From: Ruditapes philippinarum
Taxonomy: Eukaryota
Assembly: GCF_026571515.1 (NCBI RefSeq)
Contig: NW_026866023.1
Coordinates: 1-64,000 of the forward strand
DNA length: 64,000 nt
Direction of reading: 5' to 3'
Shown here: piece after piece, positions 36,754 to 48,600 of the stretch
How the letters are laid out: every line of letters starts with the position of its first letter
Position numbering within the stretch: the first letter of the stretch is position 1
Notes under the pieces: generated by a model
What the model saw: the letters and a program-made list of their open reading frames with translations, nothing else
What the model was told of the DNA's origin: nothing
Database searches by the model: none
Made by a program: the position numbers and the translations under genes

Positions 36754-38823
36754 CTAAAACACTCTGACATGACACAAAAGACAATTTTTGTGCTTTCTTT
36801 CTTTCACATACGGAAGAAGAAATCTAGCAACTTCCGGGTAATGAATGTCAGCATTTTCCCCATTCTTGACAAGAAGCTGCAGATTTTCGACGGCTTGCTG
36901 TCTGTGTACGGGTCTATGGATATTGTTATAGGACAATGCTAGAAGAAAATAGGCATACACATTAGCGTCCACAAAGACAAACCCTTTATGATCTGTATCA
37001 TCGTCTGTAATCGGTTCCCGATCTTTCAGCATCTGTATCGCTTCAGGGGCATACGCCACTTCCCATGGGGAGAACGCTATCTCTAATGCAGCCCATTCCA
37101 GCAAAGATGGGGCATTTCCTAGTAGAGACGTAACCGAGCGATGCTTCCGAAGAGACAGCGGTCGTTTGCATGATTTCATCCTCCTGGTTTTATCACCAGT
37201 TGTGTTAACGATGTACTCGTTAAATTGCCGAAGAAGTTGCATAATAATTTTGATACTTTCGTCGTAATTTTCTGTCATGTAGTGAAATGTAGCAAGTTTT
37301 AGTTTTGTAGCAGCAGCATCTACACCAGCTGCATCATCAAGGTATTTCACTGCAGTCGGTAAAAGGTTTTGTGACCCTCCTTTCCGGTTGTAAGGGTATG
37401 TATTTGACAGACCCATATAGAGTATGCCCAAATGACTTTTAATCACCTGTTTGACGATCCCAGTTGCCGGAACATCAGGAAAGTGAACCGGATCGCGCAT
37501 TGTCGGGTATTCGAGAAACATAAGCATGGCGTCTATCGTTCCCTGAATATCGGGTCTTTCCGTGAGACGCAGAACAACTCGTATTGTCATGTTGAACATA
37601 GTGTAACATCTTTCCACCATGGAAACGCTTCTTTCACAGCCTTCCGTGCCCCAATGTGTGTCACAGCAATCACATCTTATCTGTATTTTATGCCTCGCTA
37701 AAAGCATATTGAGATTTGGCGGGAGACACTGTAAAATGCATTGCCATCCCTTTTCTAGAACTCCTGTAACTACAGCAGCTAGCCTGATTCTGGTATCCCC
37801 CTGTAGACGTGGCAAAAATAGATTATGACTCGGGATGAAATAATGTGGCAAACTTCCATCCTCAAGACATTGCAGTAGTTTCTGCAAACAGCCAACAAAA
37901 CATGCTGCAAGTTTCTCCCTTGTCCATTCAGCAGGATGTGTACTTTCGACCATATGGAGCATGATCGTTTTAACCTGATATGAAGTGATCCCTTCAATTA
38001 CCATTGGGTTGATAACATACGTTACCAGTAGTTTCACAAGAAAATAGCACTGCATTTGTGTAATGTTGAATGTGCGAACCAGAAGCTTCTCGGCTAATGA
38101 AAATGACCATCGCCATTCAATATGCTTGTTTGGACTCTGTGAGTTTCCAATAGGAACAACGTGACATCCATGCTGTAGAATGAATTTCTTCAATTCCACG
38201 GTTGGCCAAATATACCTTCTCACTCTAAACGCCCATTCCCTTGCAGCGAGGGGCCATACTGGTGAATGGATGCATAAAATTGGAGAAATTGTATTTCTCA
38301 TAACACCAGATATTGCAGGCGCACTTATTGTACCTGTAGTATTATTGCTGTATGCATCAGTCAGAAGTTTTCCCGCCAAAATCATTCTTCCTTGTTCGTC
38401 TGCCAAACAACAATTTGGCGTCGACATTATTGATCTACTTGGACTTGTACCCATGAAAACACATTGTAATCTGACATATGATGGGTGGTATGTTTGAATG
38501 ACCTTGAAAAGGTGTGACTCAGCTTGACCTTCAGACTGCCTCTGCGGGGCAATCCTAGTACCTGACACAGTCATCATTACATTGATATCTGACCCGAGGC
38601 GCTCTAGAGCGATGCCCTCTGCTGAACTTCCGACATTTATTGCATGAAACATGTAGTCAACGTCAGACCCGTAGTTAGCAATACCCTCAATACTAAAAAG
38701 TGAGTTTGAATAATCACTGAACCAGTTCCTTTGTTTAATATCTTCTTGTGCCATTCCCACCTCACAACAAAGTTCATACAGGTGCAAAGAATCCCGTTCT
38801 GTTTGCTCTACGTTGTTCCACAT
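36754..38823 (-). CDS. Mab-21/cGAS-like receptor (cGLR) with C-terminal TPR-like helical region; catalytic triad degenerate
   Basis: 689-aa ORF with GSSAEG...SDxxxM, WP..A.EW..R.R...WP, GCHVVPIG...EWR.SFSLAEK.L, YFLVKL, ITSYQVKTIM, W....L..C...CL..L..CL..G.LPHYFIP..NLF: the invertebrate Mab-21 NTase signature. The C-terminal KLKLATFHY and YAYFL motifs are typical of bivalve cGLR-TPR proteins. Confidence 0.92.
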   Translation of the reverse strand: MWNNVEQTERDSLHLYELCCEVGMAQEDIKQRNWFSDYSNSLFSIEGIANYGSDVDYMFHAINVGSSAEGIALERLGSDINVMMTVSGTRIAPQRQSEGQAESHLFKVIQTYHPSYVRLQCVFMGTSPSRSIMSTPNCCLADEQGRMILAGKLLTDAYSNNTTGTISAPAISGVMRNTISPILCIHSPVWPLAAREWAFRVRRYIWPTVELKKFILQHGCHVVPIGNSQSPNKHIEWRWSFSLAEKLLVRTFNITQMQCYFLVKLLVTYVINPMVIEGITSYQVKTIMLHMVESTHPAEWTREKLAACFVGCLQKLLQCLEDGSLPHYFIPSHNLFLPRLQGDTRIRLAAVVTGVLEKGWQCILQCLPPNLNMLLARHKIQIRCDCCDTHWGTEGCERSVSMVERCYTMFNMTIRVVLRLTERPDIQGTIDAMLMFLEYPTMRDPVHFPDVPATGIVKQVIKSHLGILYMGLSNTYPYNRKGGSQNLLPTAVKYLDDAAGVDAAATKLKLATFHYMTENYDESIKIIMQLLRQFNEYIVNTTGDKTRRMKSCKRPLSLRKHRSVTSLLGNAPSLLEWAALEIAFSPWEVAYAPEAIQMLKDREPITDDDTDHKGFVFVDANVYAYFLLALSYNNIHRPVHRQQAVENLQLLVKNGENADIHYPEVARFLLPYVKERKHKNCLLCHVRVF

Positions 38824-39154
38824 TGTTGGGGTCTACAATCAGGGCTATGTGAGAAATATATAATAATTAAATTAAAAGGTGCGTACATTAAATATATACA
38901 GTTTTGATATTTCGGTTAGAATAGAATAGAATAATAAACCAAAGTTGTAGATAATAATTAGAATTGCACATAAAGAAAACTTGTTCAGACTACGTTGTTG
39001 GTATTTTATCGCCGACTACGACCAGCGTTACACAAATTACTGTTTGTTCAAGAAAGAAAACACTTCATTTTTAAAACTAACAGCGACGTTTCAATTGTCC
39101 AAATGTAATTTCTCAGGGAGTATTGTGCACAATAATGTATTTTAGAACCTTAAT

Positions 39155-39400
39155 TTCAACCTTTACCGCGTGAAGGTTATTCTTAGAAATTGACATTGTT
39201 TGTTGCTACTTTTAACAGTATCTGTATCAAAATAATGAGATTGTGCAGCCAGTAGTTAATTGTGTGCCTGGGAAAATGTGCACAACTGTGAACTAGTTTG
39301 AGTTGTTTCCTAATCAACCTTTACCTTGTGGAATAGTGAAGGTAGTGATTAGAAACTGACATTGTTTGTATGCTTCTTTTAACAGTTCCAGCATCAAAAT
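39155..39400. repeat. Diverged ~85-bp direct duplication upstream of the cGLR coding exon
   Basis: tcaacctttacc...gtgaagg...ttagaaa(t/c)tgacattgtttgt...ttttaacagt...atcaaaata occurs twice (~39157, ~39314). Confidence 0.7.
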
Positions 39401-41488
39401 ATTTAAGTTATATTATCAACCGTTTAAATATTAGTCAAACGGCACTGACAAGAAGAAAGAACTCACTGTACTCTGAAAGCATTTGCGGCCCTTGCGACAA
39501 AAGTGATATTATCATACGCTTTTCTATTTCTAGACAAAACACATAGTCAAATGACATATATTTTCACCCTAATGATATTCAGAGGCTGTCAATTATCATC
39601 AGATATGCTGAATCATTAAGTTTATTATGCTTAGAGAGAAATAAATATTTTTGAAAAATAAAACAAACAGTTTAAGTGTCAAGACAATAGTTAATAATGT
39701 CACATTATCATTCTTATTCATTTTAAGAGAATTTCAACATTTATGAACACGCAATTTAACAAACTAAAAGAATTATTATTTATGTCAGAGTTTGAAATAA
39801 ACAACGTTTGTAAAAAGAATGTATAAATGTTACCTTCTGAAAAACTATGTTTCTTCTTAACCTTGCATTAAAATTAAAATGAAATGACAGTATAAGATTA
39901 CGTTTCTTTCAACCACTTAATGGTAGAGTGACATTGTTTAAAACAATACTTTTATTTTTCCGACCGAATTAAGATTTGGAAGATGTCCAAATAGGGGGCA
40001 GCAAAACGATATTTACGTTATACTACATATTTACATTGAAATATAATCAATAAATCGTGCAAAAATATGGCAAAACATTATTGCCTTGGTTTAAGCTTTA
40101 AAACAAGTGTGTATGTTTGGAAAAAATATAAAAATATAATTTTAAACATTATTCTCTACATTGACTTTATATATGATAATAGTAATAACGTTTTTAAATA
40201 ATCATAGAAATAAAAAGTATTATTTCTCGCAAGTCACCGACCTTTCCATTACATTGATAAATATTTCATATACGATTCGAACCTAAAGAGACGATGGCAC
40301 TTGATTCTTGTGGGATCATTTTATACTCATAGCAGCAGATATCAAATAGGCAGTGGCCCAGTTCTTCATTGCAGGGTGTTATATTTTTGTGATCATTCGG
40401 GAACATTAATGCCTTTACGTTGTGTGTCGATAAATAAATCCTGCTCTAGCCGGTGACAGAGAGCGAAAGATGTTGATCCATTATCTCTAATGAACAACTT
40501 TTAACAAACTCAGTTTGCTTCCTCGCTGGATCTCCTCTTTTCTAGAACATTAATAACCATCTTCATTGCATCTCAGCGACGGACATTTCCACACATTAAT
40601 TGTAAGGAAGAAGGAACATTTGCCGTAAAGTTGATAGGAATATACAAAAAAATAACTTTTTAAATCATGGCTAAAATTGTACCATGGGACTGTTGTTAGA
40701 CATGACAATGTCTTAATAAAACATAACTGCGGTTTGAGAACGAAGGTTTAACATACCTCGCGCGTGTCAGTTTTCTTTTTTTTTGTGCTTTGCACTTTTA
40801 ATTTAAATCCACAAGTCATAATTGGTGTATTTCTGTTTTTTCCGTGTTATTATGTTTGAAGCGTAATTATGAGTGTAAAACAGAAGGCATTATGATGTAA
40901 TTAAGATTTTAGGTAAATTCGTACGTATCTGAAGGATATTGAATGAGTGTAGGTTCAAAATGAATTTATTGAACGATTGATGTAAAAAAGACATTTACTT
41001 TAAAATTTATTTTTCCGTCAAATTACCCCTTTGTCCAGATTTGTTTAAAGGTAAAATATGAGGAATTTTTATCAGGAAATATCAGTTATTTAGGTTATCT
41101 TCCTTGGGGTTTTTTGCATGAAATCATCTTTGAATTACTGCAACTGTGGTTGTATCAACCACGACTTTAATTGTATTCAATTAAACACATGTATCGACTG
41201 ATGCAGGTTGGTTACTTTATTGATTGTTTAATTAATGTGGATAACCATTGTTAGCCGTGAGACTGGAGGGTTGTTTTTTTAATTTTGACGTAATTAAAAA
41301 TGTATACAATACTGAATACTTAATTAATTATATGCGTTTAATACCAATCTTAGTCAAATTTTGCAATTATCTTTAATAAGCAGGTATACGAAGTATACGT
41401 TTAGATGATCTTAAAAAGATAAAAACAGAAATGTACATAAAATTCGCTTAAATCAAGACACTTAATCATACGCGTAGTTTCATGCTTT

Positions 41489-42352
41489 TACGAGGGCTGT
41501 TCAATAAATACGCGGTAAAGTGTCCCTATTTCCTTATTTTCCAAGTTAGCTGAATAAAACTTATACAGTAATAAAGTATGGAAGAATATTAACGCCAAAA
41601 TTACATCTTGCTTTCTTACGTTACATCGTGCTTTCTAACTTGTACATCTTGCATTCTGACTTGTACATCTTGCATTCTGACTTGTACATCATGCATTCTG
41701 ACTTGTACATCTTGCATTCTGACTTTACATGTTGCTTTCTTTCATGCACATTATGCTTTCTGCTATGTGCGTCTTGCTTAATTGTATGTTGATATCGTTA
41801 TTTAACGATAAATTATTATTCATTTGTTGATCTGGTATATTAATTCAATAACTTAACCTGCAACTGTTTGTATTTGGGTCTATTTACTCAGCATGAATGA
41901 CGAATGTCATAAGATAGAATGACGCATAGCCGAAAGCCGAATGCAGCAAGCATAATACCAGCTGCGGGGAGAACACTTTGATGATGTGGACGAGTTGTCC
42001 TACGCGGTGCAAGGTGCAATTTCAGAGATAAATAATGGCTCCTACTTTAATAGTTTCATGTCATGGATCAACCGTGGTAAAAAGTGTGTTTCCTTTCACG
42101 GAGAGTATTTCGAGAAGGACTAGGTGCGTGTTTTGGGTGACTCTCATACATGCGTTGAGCGTGACGTCGTTACGACGTTGGGCCAGTTTCACTGCGATTA
42201 CCTTAGAAATACTTGAAAGTGTACTATTAATTTTGTATCCGATTTTATTGAAATTTTGTGTACATGTTTATTATATGTTTATTTACAAAATGTAAAGAGA
42301 ACGTCAATTTCCCATGAATATTAAAAATATGGCAGCACTTTTCCGTATTATT
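41489..42352 (+). mobile_element. Internally deleted Tc1/mariner element with a transposase C-terminal remnant (41959-42123)
   Basis: Left end TA-CGAGGGCTGTTCAATAA is a mariner-type TIR. The remnant QLRGEHFDDVDELSYAVQGAISEINNGSYFNSFMSWINRGKKCVSFHGEYFEKD* matches the mariner C-terminus (LRG..F...W..R..KC....GEYFE). A degenerate right TIR lies at ~42325-42352. Confidence 0.82.
41620..41780. repeat. 21-bp minisatellite (cttgtacatcttgcattctga) inside the mariner relic
   Basis: About 4 near-perfect units plus degenerate flanking units. Confidence 0.85.
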
Positions 42353-45300
42353 ATCTTACTTCGGATTTTAAATAGAAGTTCAAGTGTCGGGTAATTATAA
42401 AAGAAAAAAAAACAGGACTTAGATTATGAAAATCGGAACAATGAACACACATCATCTGACGCAAAGGTTAAAAAATATTGTAAAAAATAAGAACATATTG
42501 TTTGTTAACAATATTTTTTAACTAAAATTAATGCGCTCATTGAATTTCTTATAGAAAACCAACAAGAGTCTCATGCCCTGTGGTCTTCCAAGGCCCAACA
42601 CCAACAAGGTCAATTTCATAGTGCTGCCAAGGATTTGATATCTTTTAACTATAGTGTAGTTAACTTTTTGAAGATTCATTGCCCTGTAAGGTATTTGATC
42701 ACACTTAGGTTATATTTTTTTAATAATCGAACATAGGCTCTTTACAGCTGAAAATTGCATTGACAGTGGCATTTGATATTTTGACAGACATCATCCCTCA
42801 AAGTTTGATTTAAGTACCGCTCTTTTTCTGCTATTTTACATAATTGACCTTTTTAAAGTCGTTCAAATGAACAAGACAACAGTTGATGATGAAGACGACA
42901 TTAACTGTAAAACTATAGGGAGCGCGACAAAACAATACACTTAATTAACACATCTTATAAGTTCATATTGTACATGCATATGTTCATTTATAAACTGTTA
43001 CATATTTGCGTTCATAATGATCCAATCGTGCTGATTTTTTTTTTCAATAATTACATAAATAAGAGATTATATGGTAATACATTAATCTAATTTCACAACA
43101 AACGCATATTTAAGTCATATGATTTGATGGTTCTTTGAAAAGTCAATGTTTTTGTGGAATGGGCGACCACATATATGTATAATAATGATGATGAATAATA
43201 CGCTTAGGCCCCTGAAATTTGGGAAAAGCGGCTGGACACGCACAAAACGCTAAATGGGTCCAAGTCCTTATAATATAACAAAGGTGTCACATGGTTGACC
43301 ACTCGTGTTATTATTTGCAAGCTTTTTTTCGCATAAATAACCAATATGTTGATAAAATATGATTATGCCAATGTTTTTTTTCTTGTATCAATAAATAAAA
43401 CACCACGAAACACACATGATGAAACTAAAACAACGAAGATTAAGTAACCAAGACGCCGACATAAATAATTTGTTCAATCTTGGAAAATTTAATGTTTTTC
43501 ATTAAAAAGACAATCAACAAAGATCGCATTTGGACTAAATATGACAGCTACCATGACATGCACGAGTAACGCAAGCGCATACGCTATTTACGCACGTGCC
43601 GTTCTGCATGTTTAATTTTGAACGCGAATATTTATTCTCTAAACAAGATTATTCATTTGTTGGGTTAAGTGAAGTGTATGCGTTTAAGTCTCGTCTAAAG
43701 AATGTCCTGCTAATGCTTTACTACTTCACAAGAATTTTGATTGGAAAATGACAACAATTTTTGATTGAATATGGCATTTTGCGATATGCGTCACAAAAAC
43801 AAACATAGATATTTTTAAAAAATGTACAATTTATATATGGTAACAGTATTTTCTTAACAGCAATTAAAACACAAGACGTTTTTAACGGACATATTTTTGA
43901 TTTAGCATTATTTACTCGCATTTTGTTGTAAGACATGATATAGCCAATGCCGAACTATTTTCATACTACATGAACACATTGATCACAAAAACCTTATACA
44001 CTCAACGAATCGGTTACTTCCCCTGATCAGTACATCGTTAAGAAACCGGTGCGTGGAGTTTGGGCTACTCAAGTCATGATTATGCACCTTCCACGAGGAA
44101 ACCTGTCAAAATTACCCTAAACCTGTGTTATTCCTGGACATGAATCGATCTGTATATAGAGTTGCAAAATACAAATTTAGTATCTTAATACTATATATAG
44201 TTTGTAAAACATAATGATAATAGAACAACAAACAATTTTAAAGAATTCAATACCCCCGACCTACCCCTAAGTTTTGTTAATTGTAATTAATGTGATCTCT
44301 CCTAATTACCATTGTCAATAATTTATTGTCAATAAAATAAAAGTTTCACGTGGGTAACCGGGGATAAATGATTGAAGACTTGCTTCTATTTCATCATTTT
44401 ATTGTCGGACATACAAAAACGAGCCTACAAACAAAATACAAAGGATTTACAAATAATTGATTTACAAAATAATAAAATTACACATTTCATCCAATTCATC
44501 AATGGAAAAGAATAAATATGACATTAGAAATATATCAATTCTTACCAGGATCAGCATACATGCAAGAACTGTCCATAAATGATGTTCAAGTTTACTAATA
44601 AGTAACTACTACTATCAACAACTATACTGTAAAGTATCAGTTACTCGTATAATGTGGAACTGGCGAAGTGAAATATTTTACTTAAGCAAGAAAATGTTTC
44701 GTGGGGATTTTAGGGTCATGCACGTGAAATATTAGTGAACACATTCATACAACCTTTCAACTTACAGTGACCTCTCATACGAAACAGACTATACAAAACA
44801 TTACCACAGTTAGGCAAACAACAGTTAGGCGAATACCAACCAAATACAACATAGCACAGAGGATACAATATACCAGTGATAAAAAGAAAACGATACACAG
44901 GTTACACGTGCAAAGGTATTTTAATACAATATTACTTGAAAATAGATACCAAATAATTTCTAAACTAGATTCTATTTGAAAGACTCTAGGTAAACGAATG
45001 ATAAACAGTATAAGGAAATTATACATGTTCAGAATGTATGGTAGAATCATCTGCAATTCCCGGAAAAACCGTAAATTTCACGGAATTGTTCTGGGTCTTC
45101 TACAGAATACACAAAGGAGCTTTATATAACATTATTAATAAAAGTCTCTGAATATTCAATGTAATATATAGCTCCATGTATATACATGAGAAACTTTTTA
45201 CACACATTACTTTCTCTGCATGTTATATACAAATACATATGTTTTTGTTACCTCCCTTAAAGATGAAAAGGTACATACTGAGATAATTAACACAGCACAA

Positions 45301-45525
45301 TATATACAATTTAAGTTATATTTTCATGTGTCCATATATTTTATTCGGGGATATGTAAACATCAATAACTTTCAAAACGTTTGGGAAATTCAGGAAATAA
45401 TAATAAAAAAACAACAACAAAAACCCGGCATTTTACCGGAACACAGAAATTAACCCCACCTCGACTGTGTCCAATGTTTATTATCTTAGATTCGATAAAA
45501 GCAAAATAAAGGTAGAATCGTTCTA

Positions 45526-45539
45526 GAGCACCTGGCAAC
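45526..45539 (+). promoter_or_regulatory. RFX X-box-like motif upstream of CFAP54
   Basis: GAGCACCTGGCAAC has a perfect GGCAAC half-site ~120 nt before the ATG of a motile-cilia gene. Confidence 0.45.
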
Positions 45540-45656
45540 AGAATTTGTTTAATGGCTGCTTCCATACGAACGCTACAAGAATTTTAGTTTACAAATAATG
45601 CACTGTTAATACACGAATTTCTGTAAAATTACAGTGGCTTTCAGGCGCTAATCGTA

Positions 45657-48600
45657 ATGGCGTCTATTTTAAGAAGTGCGGCTGCCGCCGTAAATAACAA
45701 AGGCATGCCGAGTTCGTTTTATAGCAAAGATAAAACAAATCCAGTTTTTCAGTCTCTTGATAAAGAGATAAAGCAGTTTATGGGATTCATCAAAAAGAGA
45801 AATTCGAAAGGTTATCAAAAGCCAAATGAAGAGGCACAGTCGAGATCGTAAGTGGTATTTAAGTGTATTGGGAGGGATTAAATTTTGCAGATTTCAAGAT
45901 TTATATTTCCAGTGTAACTAGTCCTAATTATAAGACCTATACGTAACCTATTTCATATTTATCATTCATTAATCTGATATTTTACATTTTTCATTTTCCA
46001 TGTTATGTTAGGTCTTAACACTAACAGATCTTTGCAAAATCGTGACGTTAGGTCTTAACAGATCTTTGCAAAATCGTGTAGCTAAAAATTGACATTAGAC
46101 ATCGATTTAGATCTAATGCATTTAAACAATTAAGACAGTGTGTAATATGAAAAAGGCAAAGCCTCAAAGCGAGCTCGATGTACTTTTAACGTGAAATAGT
46201 ATGAAATAATCGCTCACGTACTGTGTTAAATATGGCTCCGCCCCTGTCGTTAAATGAATAACGAGTTTTGAAAACGTTGATAAAACTTTGTTTATTTTAT
46301 TTCACTCTATAATTTTTCAAGCGAAATAAAGATTATTAAAAGTGAAATAAATGTAAAACTTAAAACGTTTGCGACATTAAAATAGCGTACTTGATTTGAT
46401 TGTTTTGCATGTGCTGTTTGGCGCTACATTGTGATGTCACGTAAACAATACTTTAAACGTCTGTACAGCATTAACAACTGAATAAAAGATATTGGTGTTC
46501 GGATTCATTTTCTTAGTTAGACCATTTTCTTTCATTCTAGATAGTTTTCACAACATAATTCGACAAAAAAAATGTTTTTATTTATCAGATTTTTCAAACA
46601 AAATGGCGCCTTCAATTTTCATTTTACATTTTCCGTTTTAAAACTGTCATTCGATATTTTATACACAGCTTCCGTTATTCTGGTTCCCTGTCCAATTATT
46701 GTTCCCATAGACTTGCGCGGGTGACCAGTCTACACATCCGTTTTCAGTCAGAATTCCTCAGTTTTTATCGTTATCTTTAAATTCGAAAAGTTGCGATGTG
46801 TCCAATTCGGTACTTCGAACGAAAGTTTTCAAAACCATCACTTAGCAGGTACTCGCGTTACCGTAAAGCTCGCTTTGCGAGCAGGCCCTTTGGGCCAGCT
46901 CGTCGAGCTCGCTATTAATTTACATTAATTTTGACCTATTTATGAACAAAACTAAAAAATAAAATACCTTTTAACAAAATAATTAAACTGTCACATCCGA
47001 AAAGTCATGATTAAATCCTCTCATTTAATTTAATTCCTTGTACAGCCGATATACAAATGGCCGCCATACAGTGCGCGAAATCTGATTGGCTAATTCAAAT
47101 GCAAGCGTTTAAATGAGTCCAGAAGTTACTAACGAAATATTTTTTCAACGAAATAATTGCCCATGCACCGTCAGTGTGTTTGAATATATTTTTCCGTTCA
47201 AAAAATTGGAATCAATCTGTAAAACGCTTTACTTAACCAGTATGGCTAATAGGCGAAATAGATTGATATTTATATTTTATTTTTAATTGATAAGTACATT
47301 GTTTAATGATAGACCATGCAATTGAAAGAACAGAAGATAAGCTTTTGAATTAAGCTTGAAAGGCAAGTCAACAGACAGTTTTTTTAATTTTTCAAAATGC
47401 TATGCGTTTATGAGCAATAACTATTAGACGTCAGGCTTGACCAACATAAAACTATATCAAGCCTGTAACGTCTAATATATTGGACTACAGTGTAACGAGC
47501 TGGACATGGGATCCCTTGTCCTATCCCTCAGTTATTGATTAACAATAATATGAAATTAAGCATAGGTTATGAACGGGGAAGTCAGTTATGAAAATGTTTA
47601 TTTTTTCCGTTTTAAAGGTGAGAATGTAAAAGTCAAGGTCCCAATCCCATGTACAAGTAGCTTAAGGTGTTCAGCTTACCCATTTATAGTGGAACCCCAT
47701 TGTAGTGTGCTATTCATTGTATTGATCTATTTACAAATCTTTCGATTTTTTTGCACAATGCACTAGCTACTGATTGTTTACATTTACAACAGTGTCATGA
47801 AAATCTTTCGCATTTGTTTTGTGCCGTAACAATGATCAAAAACATGTTTCCAGTACCGTCAGACTTTGTAGATAATAAATAGACTTATAAATAGTGTGTT
47901 CTTATTAAAAGTACATTAACTGTCTGTTGGAAGTTCCTAAATTTATGCTGACATTTTAAAACAGACATCTTTGCTTCTAATTGACTGAAAAACCTAGCAT
48001 AAATATGGGTCAGGCTTCCCTTCTTTGACTAACTGAGCGATTCTCACAATGCATCGATATAATGGCGTGACCTAATTCTTCAACCTGTTTGACATGTCTG
48101 TAAATATCTGTATATTCCAAAGCTAAAAACAATATATCAGTGATGTTTGCCATGTAAATATTATGACAAAAAAATCAAAATAAATAATACAAAATAAAGA
48201 TTCAGGGAGATTTAAATTTTTTAACTACAGTTGTGATTTATGGGTAAATAGATCAATACAACGGGGTTCCAGGCTATATACTGTGAAATGACGTGAATGC
48301 TGAAGACAGACCCATAGCCTGGGGAAAATCCTTCAATAATTGTGCCAGTGTGTGTGTGTTTGCGTTTGTTTACCCTCAACATCGGAAAAAGACCATACGG
48401 GCGAGCATTAATTGTGCCAGGATTTGACAGGCCCGTATTCATTTGTGCCATGGATTAAAGTGAAGCATATCCTAATAAAACTGTATAATCTGTTCAGGTT
48501 TTCTAGTTTTTCTAGGGTCACTTGTCCTGCAGGGCTTTTGGTCATTTTGCTTGAAAATGCAGTAGATCTATTGAAGTCTGTTTAAGGAAATAACAAAACT

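Noticed and set aside
37432-38497. Short ORFs overlapping the cGLR
   Set aside because: Antisense or alternative-frame shadows with no recognisable motifs.
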